This document shows positions 33,331 through 42,517 of a DNA stretch of 64,000 nt, one piece after another. The stretch's first letter is position 1. Every line of letters begins with the position of its first letter. The stretch lies in NCBI GenBank assembly GCA_963833555.1, contig CAWHYB010000007.1:468274-532273 (forward strand), given 5' to 3'. Origin of the DNA: an uncultured Actinomycetes bacterium (GTDB lineage Bacteria > Actinomycetota > Thermoleophilia > UBA2241). The notes beneath the pieces were generated by a model. It worked only from the letters and a program-made list of their open reading frames with translations, was not told where the DNA came from and made no database searches. The position numbers and the translations under genes are program-made.

Positions 33331-33957
33331 TCAGTCCAGCCAGGTCGTGGCGGCGGCGACGTCGAGCACCGGGTGCACCTCGGCCGCCTGCGCCGGCACG
33401 CCGATGGCGCAGCCGTTGAGGGCATACTCGGCGACCGGCAGGCCGAGGATGCGGCAGAAGCCGGGGTCGTCGCCCATCGTCGTGGTAGCGGAGACCAGAT
33501 GCATGCCGAGTCCGAGCGCGGTCGCCATCAGCCACATGTTCTCGAGCGCGTGAGCGAGGGACTGCTGCTGGACCGGCATCAGCGACCCATGCTCGGCGAC
33601 GACCACGTAGTAGGGGGCCGTGCCTACCCCGGGGATGCGCCCCTGAGAGACTGGTTCGAGCCGGGAGCGCAAGGGCGGCGGCGCCGTCCCGGCGGAGAGC
33701 ACCGCCGCCGCGTGCGCCTGGATCGCCGCCGCGGCGGCCGCCAGCGCCTCACTGCCCCGCGGCAGCACGAAGAAGCGCCGGTCGAGGGTGGCCCCCGGCG
33801 TCATCGCCGCCGCATAGGGGGCAGCGAGGCCGGCGCTGAGGATCTGCTCGAGGGCTTCAGGGGACGGCACCTCGCCTCCGAAGCTGCGCACCGAACGGCG
33901 CTCGCCGATGACCTGCGCGAGCGCCGCGACGCGCTCCTGGCGAAGAGTCCCTTCCAC
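33331..33957 (-). CDS. Nitroreductase-family protein
   Basis: RRSVRSF, LAAP, ENMWLMATALGLG; GAGGAGG RBS. Confidence 0.9.
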   Translation of the reverse strand: MEGTLRQERVAALAQVIGERRSVRSFGGEVPSPEALEQILSAGLAAPYAAAMTPGATLDRRFFVLPRGSEALAAAAAAIQAHAAAVLSAGTAPPPLRSRLEPVSQGRIPGVGTAPYYVVVAEHGSLMPVQQQSLAHALENMWLMATALGLGMHLVSATTTMGDDPGFCRILGLPVAEYALNGCAIGVPAQAAEVHPVLDVAAATTWLD

Positions 33958-34032
33958 GTCTGCCTCCTCCGCTTGCCTGCTGCCTTCTCCGGCACTCCGG
34001 AGGGCCGCGCCAGTATACCGGGAGGCGGCCGT

Positions 34033-34068
34033 CAGGCGGCGGCGTTGATCGCGGGGCTGGTGTTCGCC
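34033..34068 (+). repeat. Tyrosine-integrase 3'-end remnant, copy B
   Basis: CAGGCGGCGGCGTTGATCGCGGGGCTGGTGTTCGCC (QAAALIAGLVFA). Confidence 0.85.
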
Positions 34069-34139
34069 CAAGCTCCAACGGCGCCTACGCCTTTGGCCGC
34101 TGGGGTATGGTCTCGTCCATTCACAACCAGGAGGTCACC

Positions 34140-34346
34140 ATGCTCATGACCATTGCGACGCTCTCGGCCCACACGACGAGACGTATCTTCGAGGTCGGCA
34201 CCTTGCTCGGTTTGCTCGGCGGAGTTGCCCTTCTGGTCGGGGCGTTCCCCTTCTTTCGCAGGCCGGGTCAGATCATCGCCGGCATCCTGATCGCCGTGGG
34301 CTTCGCGCTCATGATCTACGCCGTGCACTTTGGCGGTCGCATCTAG
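34140..34346 (+). CDS. Small 2-TM membrane protein
   Basis: AGGAGG RBS, 68 aa, two hydrophobic helices. Confidence 0.7.
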   Translation: MLMTIATLSAHTTRRIFEVGTLLGLLGGVALLVGAFPFFRRPGQIIAGILIAVGFALMIYAVHFGGRI

Positions 34347-34406
34347 CGGATAGGACGGCCAGGCCGGAAGCTCCCGATCGTCGCGATCACAGAAGCATCC
34401 TGCATG

Positions 34407-34608
34407 CACGCCGTCCCGGCCATGCGGGAAGAGGCGGCGGCGCCGATCGCGCGACATTGGCGCTCCAGGCCGGCTCCACCCCAAAGTCGTCTCAAAACGC
34501 CTCGGCCACGCCACTGTCTCGATCACGCTCGACACCTGCTCGCATGCTATCCCTACCATGCAGGAGGAAGCGGCGGCGCTGATCGCCGGGTTCGTTTTCG
34601 CCGAATAA
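34407..34608 (+). repeat. Tyrosine-integrase 3'-end remnants, fused copies C and D
   Basis: C: HAVPAMREEAAAPIA (34407-34451). D: ATLALQAG/HPKVVSKRLGHATVSITLDTCSHAIPTMQEEAAALIAGFVFAE*, with catalytic Tyr changed to Cys and a 1-nt deletion. Confidence 0.9.
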
Positions 34609-34643
34609 TCCGGAATCGAGGCCGCGGCTCGACGTGCCTCGCC

Positions 34644-34838
34644 TCAGGGGACGTCCTTCATGCGCTCGTCCATCTGGCGCATCATCTCGGCCTTGTCCTG
34701 CTCGCTCATGGCAGCGAGCATCTCGGAGTGCGCCTCTTGGGCGTGTGCCAAGAGATCGTCTTTGACTTCCTGGGCCGAGGGTTTGGTCGAGACGTGGTCG
34801 CACTCCACTCCCATGTCTTTGCACGCAAGCGTTTTCAT
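34644..34838 (-). CDS. DUF1059-family small metal-binding protein
   Basis: MKTLACKDMGVECD...HAQEAH. Confidence 0.88.
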   Translation of the reverse strand: MKTLACKDMGVECDHVSTKPSAQEVKDDLLAHAQEAHSEMLAAMSEQDKAEMMRQMDERMKDVP

Positions 34839-34937
34839 GGCTGGCCTTTCCTCGCGTCTTCGGGACGATGTGTCCGCAGTGCTGTGCGTAGTACCCATAT
34901 GCCACAGTGCGGAGCCGACGCTCGCCGTTGCGCACAC

Positions 34938-35132
34938 CATGACCTGCCCCACACGCACGCCACCCTGACTCTGTAGGCCGGCATCCACCCCAAGGTCGTC
35001 TCCGAGCGCCTGGGCCACGCCACCGTCTCGATCACGCTCAGCACCTACTCGCACGCCATCCCGGCGATGCAGGAGGAGGCGGCGGCGCTGATCGCGGGGC
35101 TCGTGTTCGCGACGTACGAGGCGACGGGATGA
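34938..35132 (+). repeat. Tyrosine-integrase 3'-end remnant, copy E (longest)
   Basis: HDLPHTHATLTL*AGIHPKVVSERLGHATVSITLSTYSHAIPAMQEEAAALIAGLVFA: box II HxLRH (R changed to P), LGH...Y, internal stop. Confidence 0.92.
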
Positions 35133-35234
35133 TTCGAGAGCTCAACCGGCGGCAGGGCCGCGGCGCGTGGTGCAAATGCGAATGTGGATGCCGGACAGAT
35201 GCTGGCAGCAGATCCGAGATAGCATAGTTGCCAG

Positions 35235-35423
35235 ATGGCAGACTGGATCGTGCAGGCGAACCCCAAGATGTACGACGTTCACGCGGCGATCGAGAAGTCG
35301 CGCGCGGACTGGTGGAGCACGCCCAAGTATCGCAAGGAGATCTCCGTCGGCGATCGGACATGGCTCCAGATCGTCGGACCTACCTTCATCTCGACAGTCG
35401 AGGGCCATGACGAGAACGGCTGA
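35235..35423 (+). pseudogene. EVE/PUA-like domain 5' fragment
   Basis: WIVQANPKMYD...W...EISVGDRTWL; similarity is lost after about residue 49. Confidence 0.6.
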
Positions 35424-35478
35424 GATCAGCAGAGGCATAATCAGGCTGATCGCGCCGCCCGGTTGACCGGCCCTGTCG

Positions 35479-36237
35479 ATGTCCGTCACCGACTTCCTGA
35501 TCATCCTGCTCGCTGGCATCGGTGCCGGGACCATCAACACCATCGTCGGCTCCGGCTCGCTCATCACGTTCCCCACGCTGGTGGCACTCGGCTACCCGCC
35601 CCTGCTGGCCAACGTGTCCAACAACATCGGCCTCGTCCCCGGTTCGGCCTCGGGTATCCACGGCTACCGACGGGAGCTGGTGGGTCAGTCGAAACGTTTG
35701 CAGCGGCTGGTACCCGCGTCGATCATCGGCGCACTCACCGGGGCCACGCTGCTGCTGGTGCTACCGAGCAGCGTGTTCGGCAAGGTCGTCATCGTCCTCA
35801 TCGGGGTCGCGCTCGTACTCGTCGTGGTGCAGCCGACGCTGTCGCGGCGGCTCGTCGCTCGGCGTGCCGCACGTCCGGAAAGGCATCACGACGCGACGCT
35901 GGGCGTGCAGGTGCTGGTGGCACTGGCCGGCGTGTACGGCGGCTACTTCGGCGCCGCGCAAGGCATCATCCTCATCTCGATCCTCGGGATCATGATCGAC
36001 GACCACCTGCAGCGCCTCAACGCCTGCAAGAACGTACTGACCGGCTCGGTCAACGCGACGGCGGCGATCGTCTTCATCCTGACCACCGATGTTGACTGGA
36101 AGGTGGTTACAGCCATTGCCGTGGGTTCCACCATCGGCGGCCAGATCGGCGCCCGGTATGGCCGCCGGCTCAATCCCTTGGCCCTGCGCGCCGTCATCGT
36201 GATCGTCGGCCTTGTCGCGATCATCCGCCTGCTCTGA
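35479..36237 (+). CDS. Sulfite exporter TauE/SafE (TSUP) family
   Basis: AGTINTIVGSGSLITFPTL, ANVSN, GVYGGYFGAAQG, NACKN. Confidence 0.92.
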   Translation: MSVTDFLIILLAGIGAGTINTIVGSGSLITFPTLVALGYPPLLANVSNNIGLVPGSASGIHGYRRELVGQSKRLQRLVPASIIGALTGATLLLVLPSSVFGKVVIVLIGVALVLVVVQPTLSRRLVARRAARPERHHDATLGVQVLVALAGVYGGYFGAAQGIILISILGIMIDDHLQRLNACKNVLTGSVNATAAIVFILTTDVDWKVVTAIAVGSTIGGQIGARYGRRLNPLALRAVIVIVGLVAIIRLL

Positions 36238-36360
36238 CGCGTCGGCGGGAGAGCACAGGAGCGCCACCGAGTGATTGCTGACGGTGCGCCGAACGGGCAA
36301 CCAGCCGAATCGTTGCGCTGCCGAGGATGCCGATCGATGCCCGGCCGTGACGACGCCTCC

Positions 36361-36425
36361 TGCCGATTCTCGTCGGCAAATGTCGGCCGGAATTGCCGAC
36401 TCGGAAGTAAACGGCACGTCGGCAG
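36361..36425. mobile_element. Putative integrase arm-type binding repeats beside the att core
   Basis: GTCGGC at 36372, 36382 and 36418; inverted GCCGAC at 36395; directly 3' of the tRNA fragment. Confidence 0.5.
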
Positions 36426-36458
36426 GAGAATCGAAAATCGCCATATGCAGGCAGATCG

Positions 36459-36505
36459 TGGTGCCCCCGGCTGGAATCGAACCAGCGACACCAGGTTTAG
36501 GAAAC
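36459..36505 (-). tRNA. 3' half of tRNA-Arg(CCT), non-functional att remnant
   Basis: Minus strand GT-TTCCTAA-ACCTG-GTGTC-GCTGG-TTCGATT-CCAGC-CGGGGGC-A-CCA; D-arm and 5' acceptor strand absent. Confidence 0.85.
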
Positions 36506-36672
36506 ACGCAGCAGGCGTGACGGGCGGTGGTCAGCCGTGCGCGATTGTGCTGCACAGTCCAAGGTTCTGAGCGGGGTCGGTGGTCGGCTGTGCTTAGCCG
36601 TCTTGGCCGTGGTGAGGCGTCTCGTCGGCATCGCGTCGGCAGGCGAGACGCCGCTCGCCCACGTACAGTTGA

Positions 36673-37830
36673 TCAAGCTCCAGAGGAATCCTCGAAGTCC
36701 AGCTGCAGTTCGCGATACTCGCTTTGGCAGGGGTTCCCAGGAGCAAACCACATCTTCCTCATGGTCAGATCCATGATCAGAGAGCCGATGGTGGCCGAGC
36801 GCAGGAACTCCGTCTCATCCTCGTGCTCATGCGCACAGATGCCGTCCGGATGGTTGGCGTGATCGCGCAACACGTGCTGAAGCAGCGGCAGGGAGACTCT
36901 TCGCCCGCCCAACAACTCGTCCAGACGCTCCTGTCGAAAGAAGCTGTCGGGAATGAGGACCATACCCAAGTCGCGGGCCGGATCGGGCTTGCACTGAAAG
37001 TGGTTTGCGTGGGTGAACACGCCATGACGGGGCGCCTCGACTGTAACGCGCCCCGAATCGCCGGGGAGGCATTCGAGATTGGCGGCAAGGCCGTCGCCGC
37101 TCGCAAGCAGGTAGTTGGCCGATGACGAGCGGGTGGCCGAGACGACCTTGGCCAGAGCCTCACTCACGCTCCTGGACTCGAGGATGGCGCGCAGCACGAC
37201 GTGGTAAGGCACGCCGGGATCGCCTCTGTCCAGACTGCTGACGAGGGTGTTGGTGACGAGGCCCAGGCCATGTTCGTTCATGCCGACCTTGGCCAGCAGC
37301 CCAGCCTCCACCAGCGTCACGAACGCCGGACCGCTGTCTGGCTCCATTTCGAGCAGCAGCACCGTCTCGCGGGTGTGGGTCTTCCAGTCCCAATTCTGGG
37401 CAAGCAGCGTGTGACCGTCGCTCGTCGCTCTCGGCAAGGCAACGACGGCCGTGCATTCTCCATCGCCGGGCGCCACCACGTTGGGCTCGAGAGCCGAGAG
37501 CTCGGCAACTGGGCCGGCGTAGCGGAGCTCACTGCGCACGTTGAGCGTCACGATGTCCTCGAAGTCGCAGCCGGCGCCCTCCGCGATACCGGCCATCTCC
37601 TCAAGAAAGTCGGGACCGTAGGCCTCGATGGCCGGCGCATAGCGCATGGCGCGTCGCCGCGCCTCGGGCCAGTCGATGTGAGAGTAGTGGCTGAAGAGCG
37701 CTTCGTACGCGGCGAGCGATCTGTCGATCGCGGCGCTCGCCGCCCGGCCGTACTGGCGCCCTCGCTGCACGGGAGAGCCCACTGCGTGGACGCGAGGGAT
37801 TCCCTCGTCCCGCAAGGGCTTCCGGCTCAC
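36673..37830 (-). CDS. C45-family Ntn hydrolase/acyltransferase
   Basis: RGRQYG, LNVRSEL, GEC/TA nucleophile, AQNWDW, GMNEHGL, HANHF. Confidence 0.9.
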   Translation of the reverse strand: MSRKPLRDEGIPRVHAVGSPVQRGRQYGRAASAAIDRSLAAYEALFSHYSHIDWPEARRRAMRYAPAIEAYGPDFLEEMAGIAEGAGCDFEDIVTLNVRSELRYAGPVAELSALEPNVVAPGDGECTAVVALPRATSDGHTLLAQNWDWKTHTRETVLLLEMEPDSGPAFVTLVEAGLLAKVGMNEHGLGLVTNTLVSSLDRGDPGVPYHVVLRAILESRSVSEALAKVVSATRSSSANYLLASGDGLAANLECLPGDSGRVTVEAPRHGVFTHANHFQCKPDPARDLGMVLIPDSFFRQERLDELLGGRRVSLPLLQHVLRDHANHPDGICAHEHEDETEFLRSATIGSLIMDLTMRKMWFAPGNPCQSEYRELQLDFEDSSGA

Positions 37831-38672
37831 GACACCTCCGCCTCGGCCCGAGCCCGAGTGTGATAGGCCACCTCGCGCGCCGTCGCCACCCACACGTCCT
37901 GCAGCGATGTCACCAAGTCGATGAACTCCTCGAGGAGCGGCAGCCGGCCGGGCCGACCGATGATCTGCGGATGGTTGGTCAGGACGCACAGGCCACCCAG
38001 GTCGTGGATGCCACGCAGCTCGGCCTGCCAGATCTCGCCGACCTCACGCGGCGAGCGGATCGTCTTCTCCCAGCTTGCGTTGTCGAACATGAAGTGGGGC
38101 GCGTCATCGAGAATCCACTGCACGGGCAGCTCAACGATCCCGGACGGCCGATGCACGTAGGGTCGTATGTCGTCCATCATGTTCGACGAGTAGACGACTC
38201 CACGCTCGGCGAGCAACTCGAGCGTCCTCTCTCCAAAGTCCCAGGAGGGTGAACGAAAGCCCACCGGCTCGGCTCCCAACGAATGCAGGACATCGAGGGA
38301 GCGGTCGAGCTCGGCGATCTCCTCATCCACCCCCGAGAGCCGTCCAGGTCCGCGATGCGTGTAGCCGTGCAGGCCCACCTCGTGACCAGCGCCGAGGATC
38401 TCCCGCACGAGTACTGGATAGCGCTCCGCAACGCGACCCGGGACGAAGAAGGTGGCCGTGACCTCGCGGCGCTCAAGCAGCGCCAGGAGGAGCGGCAGAC
38501 CCACCTTGGCACCATAGACCCCCTGCGAGAGGACGCCTGGCCGTGAGGCGTTCTCCGGGTCCATTCCGATCCACACTTCCTCGGCGTCGAAGTCGAACGT
38601 GAATGCGACCGCCGAGCGTTTGCCATGGGGCCAAGGAACGTCCGCTCGTCCGCCTTGACTGGTCTGCGTCAC
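37827..38672 (-). CDS. Polysaccharide deacetylase (CE4, PuuE/PgdA-like)
   Basis: FTFDFDAE, ATFFVPG, HEVGLHGYTH, GFRSP, LDDAP, HPQIIGR. Confidence 0.92.
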   Translation of the reverse strand: MTQTSQGGRADVPWPHGKRSAVAFTFDFDAEEVWIGMDPENASRPGVLSQGVYGAKVGLPLLLALLERREVTATFFVPGRVAERYPVLVREILGAGHEVGLHGYTHRGPGRLSGVDEEIAELDRSLDVLHSLGAEPVGFRSPSWDFGERTLELLAERGVVYSSNMMDDIRPYVHRPSGIVELPVQWILDDAPHFMFDNASWEKTIRSPREVGEIWQAELRGIHDLGGLCVLTNHPQIIGRPGRLPLLEEFIDLVTSLQDVWVATAREVAYHTRARAEAEVS

Positions 38673-38690
38673 GCCAGGACTCCCTTGTTG

Positions 38691-40418
38691 CTAGGCGATC
38701 CAGTAATGCATTGGGTCGTAGGTGAAGACCTCGTGCAGGTAGAAGCCACCCACCCGCTTGCTGCACATGGTCGTCATGACGGGCGAGTAGAGAGTGACGT
38801 AGGGCGCCTGTTCCATGATGTAGGCCTGCATCTGCTCATAGAGGGCGAGTCGTGCCTGGGCATCGGTCATCGCCTGCGCCTGCTTGACCATCTTCTCGAT
38901 CACGGGGCTCCACCAGAAGGCGTTGTCCTGGGCGCCGGTTACGGCGGCCGCCTTGGTGAACAGCGAGATGATCCAGTCGGAGGGGTCGGGGTAGTCCATG
39001 TACCACAGCTCACGGCCCATGGGACACCTGCGACTGGTCGAGGACAGCGTGTAGAAGGTGCTGTTGCTCGTGATCTTGAGATCGGCTTTGATGCCCACCG
39101 CGGCGAGGTCGTTCTGGATGGACTGGAAGAGCTTGGGGTAGGGATCGACGTTGTCGGTGTAGAGCTCGGTCTTGAAGCCGTTGGCGAAGCCTGCCTCGGA
39201 CAGCAGTTGCTTGGCCTTGGTCAGGTCATAGCCATACCATTTCTTGTCGGCTTGATAGCCCGGCATGCCGGGCGGATAGACCTGGTAGAGAGCCTCTGCC
39301 TGGCCGCCCACCAGCTTGACGAGCTTCTCGCGGTCGATCGCCCAGCTGATCGCCTGGCGCACCTTGACGTTGTCCAGCGGCGGGAACTGCCCGTTCAGGA
39401 ACATATAGATGGTCCCGATGACCGGCTCCGTGTAGACGTACTTCTTCTGCGCCGGATTGTTCATCGCCATGACGACATCGCCCGGCGGCACGTTGTTGCC
39501 CAGCACGTCGACCTCGCCTCGCTGAAGCTGAAGGAAGGCGGTCTGGGCATTGTCGGAGAGCTGGAACTTGATGCCGTCGAGGTGGACCTGGGCGGCATCA
39601 TGGTAGTCGGGGTTGCGCTTGAGCACGATCTCCTGGCCCTGTGTCCAGTGGTCGAACATGAAGGGGCCGGTGCCCAGGGGATGGTGGCCGAACGCCTTGT
39701 TGCCCAACTTCTCCACCCACTCCTTGGGCACGACGTCGCAGAACTCCATGAGTGACTTGGTGAAGGCGAGGTCGGGCTTGATGAGGTCGACCTGGATGGT
39801 GTGGGGATCGAGGACCTTGTAGCCGGAGACGTGAGCCGACTTGCCCTGCTGATAGGCGACAGCTCCGACAATGTTGGTGTAGAAGTAAGTGCCCGGCGCG
39901 GTCGGCAGCTTCATCATGCGCTCGAAGCTGTACTTGAAGTCGTCGGCCGTGACCTCGCGTCCGACAGGTGCCTGGAACTTGACACCGGACTTGATTGGGA
40001 TCGTGTAAGTCGTGCCGCCGTTCGTGACAGTGGGCATGGCGGCGGCGATGTTGGGGATGAGCTCAGTGCCCGCCTCGCCTGGCTTGGGCACGTAGTTGAA
40101 CAGGCCCTCGAATACGGCTCGGATGACCTGCACATCGAGCAGGTTCCAGCCAATGGCAGGATCGATGGTCTGGGGCTCCGAGTCCCACGCGAAGACGAGG
40201 GTGCCGCCCATCTTCGGGGAACCACCAGCGGTGCCGGTCGATCCACTGGTCGAACTGCCGCTCGAGCCGCCACAGGCGGCAAGAAGCGAGCCGATCGCGG
40301 TTGCGGAGAGTCCGAGAGCAGACGCTCGCAGCAGGAACTGCCTGCGACTGAGCCGACCCCCGGCGAGCTCCTCCATGAGTCGCTTGCCATCCTCCGGCAC
40401 CGACCATTGCTCAGCCAC
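38691..40418 (-). CDS. Family-5 ABC substrate-binding lipoprotein with Tat signal
   Basis: SRRQFL..LLAAC; TADDFKYSFER, GTGPF, KVRQAI; AAAGGAG RBS. Confidence 0.92.
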   Translation of the reverse strand: MAEQWSVPEDGKRLMEELAGGRLSRRQFLLRASALGLSATAIGSLLAACGGSSGSSTSGSTGTAGGSPKMGGTLVFAWDSEPQTIDPAIGWNLLDVQVIRAVFEGLFNYVPKPGEAGTELIPNIAAAMPTVTNGGTTYTIPIKSGVKFQAPVGREVTADDFKYSFERMMKLPTAPGTYFYTNIVGAVAYQQGKSAHVSGYKVLDPHTIQVDLIKPDLAFTKSLMEFCDVVPKEWVEKLGNKAFGHHPLGTGPFMFDHWTQGQEIVLKRNPDYHDAAQVHLDGIKFQLSDNAQTAFLQLQRGEVDVLGNNVPPGDVVMAMNNPAQKKYVYTEPVIGTIYMFLNGQFPPLDNVKVRQAISWAIDREKLVKLVGGQAEALYQVYPPGMPGYQADKKWYGYDLTKAKQLLSEAGFANGFKTELYTDNVDPYPKLFQSIQNDLAAVGIKADLKITSNSTFYTLSSTSRRCPMGRELWYMDYPDPSDWIISLFTKAAAVTGAQDNAFWWSPVIEKMVKQAQAMTDAQARLALYEQMQAYIMEQAPYVTLYSPVMTTMCSKRVGGFYLHEVFTYDPMHYWIA

Positions 40419-40440
40419 GAAGACTCCTTTCCCCCAGGGA

Positions 40441-40504
40441 CCAAACGTACGTAAACGTATGGGCACGAGTCCAGACTCTATCAGCAGAGCATTGACTGTC
40501 AATG
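40441..40504 (-). promoter_or_regulatory. Promoter and candidate operators for the SBP operon
   Basis: Minus strand TTGACA-N16-TAGAGT; palindrome CATTGAC-T-GTCAATG over the -35; imperfect palindrome CCAAACGT-N6-ACGTATGG downstream. Confidence 0.65.
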
Positions 40505-40559
40505 ACCGTGGGCCACGCAGTCGTCGTCGTGCCTGAAGGAGTCATCGTCCGGAGTCAGC

Positions 40560-41330
40560 CTACTCGTAGACCGGGCCCGCGATGACGACCGGGGACAGAC
40601 TCCGCGCTAGACTCATATCGAGCATGACACGATCACCGCGGTAATGCCCGAGCATGTGCTCGACAGGCTGCCCCTCGGCCGAGAAGGCGAGACGTTCCAC
40701 CATGAGAATCGGGTGAGACACGCGCACGAGGAGCACCTCCGCGAGGCGGGCAGATGCACTGGTGGCAGCCACACGCTGCTCGGCCCTGCCAAAGGCGATT
40801 CCCGCCTCCTCCAGGACGTGGTACGTCGACTTCGTCAGCAGAGTCTCGACATCCACGCGCTGCTGGACCCAAACGGGTAGCGCAAGGCGGTCCACGCCCA
40901 CCGGATTGCCCTCCACCACGTGCAGCCGTTCGAGGAGAAGTACCTGTTCGCCGTCCTTCAGGCGCAACTGCTCACGGATACGCGGTGTGGGTTGTGCAAG
41001 CTCCGATGAGAGGGGCCGGATATTGATGGTGTAGCCCTGCTCGCTCATACTCTCGGCGAAACTGCTCAGCTCGTGAAGAGGCTGGCGCAGAGCTGTCAGC
41101 GTGACGAACGTGCCCTTTCCCGAGGTGCGGGCTACCATCCCTTCCCCAGTAAGCAGTGCAAGGGCCTTGCGCAAGGTCGAGCGACTGACCGCGTATGCCA
41201 CGGTGAGCTCGTCCTCAGTCGGTAGCTGGTCGCCCAAGGCAAACTCGCCCTCCTGAACACGTGCACGCAGGTGTTGAGCGATCTGCTCGTAGATGGGGAC
41301 ATGAGAGTGTCGGTCGACTTCCGTCCTCAT
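40560..41330 (-). CDS. GntR-family regulator (HutC/UTRA)
   Basis: PIYEQI, LPTEDEL...VSRSTLRKAL, GKGTFV, UTRA C-terminus. Confidence 0.93.
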   Translation of the reverse strand: MRTEVDRHSHVPIYEQIAQHLRARVQEGEFALGDQLPTEDELTVAYAVSRSTLRKALALLTGEGMVARTSGKGTFVTLTALRQPLHELSSFAESMSEQGYTINIRPLSSELAQPTPRIREQLRLKDGEQVLLLERLHVVEGNPVGVDRLALPVWVQQRVDVETLLTKSTYHVLEEAGIAFGRAEQRVAATSASARLAEVLLVRVSHPILMVERLAFSAEGQPVEHMLGHYRGDRVMLDMSLARSLSPVVIAGPVYE

Positions 41331-41388
41331 GGGGCCCTCCCCCGCTGGCGTTGGTCCGAGCCGAGAAATATGAGACGTGTTCTGCCGA

Positions 41389-42243
41389 TCATTCACTGTG
41401 CGTACCTGCTGCTCTTGCACTCTGGCTCACCCAGCAAGCTGCCACTGATGTTCGGGCAGCTATCAGTTGCCTGTATGCCTCCATGGCCCGGTTTGTGGCC
41501 TCTCCCGGAGAATCGGGAAACCAGCGGTCATCGATTGCCGCCACGGGCTGGATCTCCTTGGTCGTGCCGGCAAGAAAGGCCTCCCTGCACGTGATGAGCT
41601 CTGAGGGTGGGCAGCGACGCTCCAAAACGTCGAGCCGGTCAATCACGAGCCTTCGAGTGATTGAGTCCAGGATGGGCTCCGTGAGCGGAGGTGTGCAGAG
41701 CTGACCTTCAGCCGAGACCCAGAAGAAAGCGGCAGTCTGGGCCTCCAGGATGTAGCCGTCGGCGCTCACCCACAGAGCGTCATCGTAGCCCTCCTCCAGC
41801 GCCAGCCGCTTCGACAGCATATTGCCAGCATAGGAGAGCGACTTGACGCCTGCCAAGAGAGGCTGCGGATGGTTCTCGATCGACCGTAGCCGGCATGGCC
41901 CCGCCGGCGCAGTCCACGGCTCGCCGAGCAGGATTGTGCGGCGGCCCTGGGTCAGCAGGATCCGGACGGCGTAGGAGCGCGGGCCCGAAGCATCAACCAG
42001 AGTGAGAAGGTCTCTCTCCACGCGCCGCCTGGAGCACTCCAGAAGCAAGGCCGCGCAGGAGCGCTCAAGCCGATCGAGGTGTTCGCCTGCAGCGAACGGG
42101 TGTCCTCCATAGACGAGGATGACCTCGAAAGCGCCGTCTCCGCGGAGAAAGCCCTGATCCTGGACCGGTATGGTCGCGGCGTCGGCGGGCAGGAGCGCGC
42201 CATCTACGACAGCCCAGAAGCGTTCTCCGCATATATCGCTCAA
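41389..42243 (-). CDS. Class IV PLP aminotransferase (IlvE/Dat/PabC-like)
   Basis: DQGFLRGDGAFE, HLDRL, KSLSY, ILDSITR, EAFLAGT. Confidence 0.9.
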   Translation of the reverse strand: MSDICGERFWAVVDGALLPADAATIPVQDQGFLRGDGAFEVILVYGGHPFAAGEHLDRLERSCAALLLECSRRRVERDLLTLVDASGPRSYAVRILLTQGRRTILLGEPWTAPAGPCRLRSIENHPQPLLAGVKSLSYAGNMLSKRLALEEGYDDALWVSADGYILEAQTAAFFWVSAEGQLCTPPLTEPILDSITRRLVIDRLDVLERRCPPSELITCREAFLAGTTKEIQPVAAIDDRWFPDSPGEATNRAMEAYRQLIAARTSVAACWVSQSARAAGTHSE

Positions 42244-42517
42244 GCCGCACCCCCGGTTCCAGTTCCTTATGATGGCGAAGCGCGGGTAGACATTAGCAGA
42301 CGTTTGCCAGGATGAGTACTGTGAGCTTCGCTACGGGCCTCCCGTCGAGCGCTCGCCTCGCGCGCCAGCCCTCGGGCTCGTGCCCGGACATCTCAAGCTC
42401 TTCGGCGATCGTCTCGACGGGACGTCTCATGCGCTCGATCTCGGCTCGCAGCTGGGTGACCTCCCCCTGACCGGCAAGTAGCGCGCCGGCGCTAAGCTCC
42501 TTCGTCTTGAATGACGA

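Noticed and set aside
33174-35132. Integrase-tail repeats as a CRISPR array or classical integron attC sites
   Set aside because: Copies vary in length, encode recombinase box II, are separated by whole genes, and lack RYYYAAC/GTTRRRY inverted ends.
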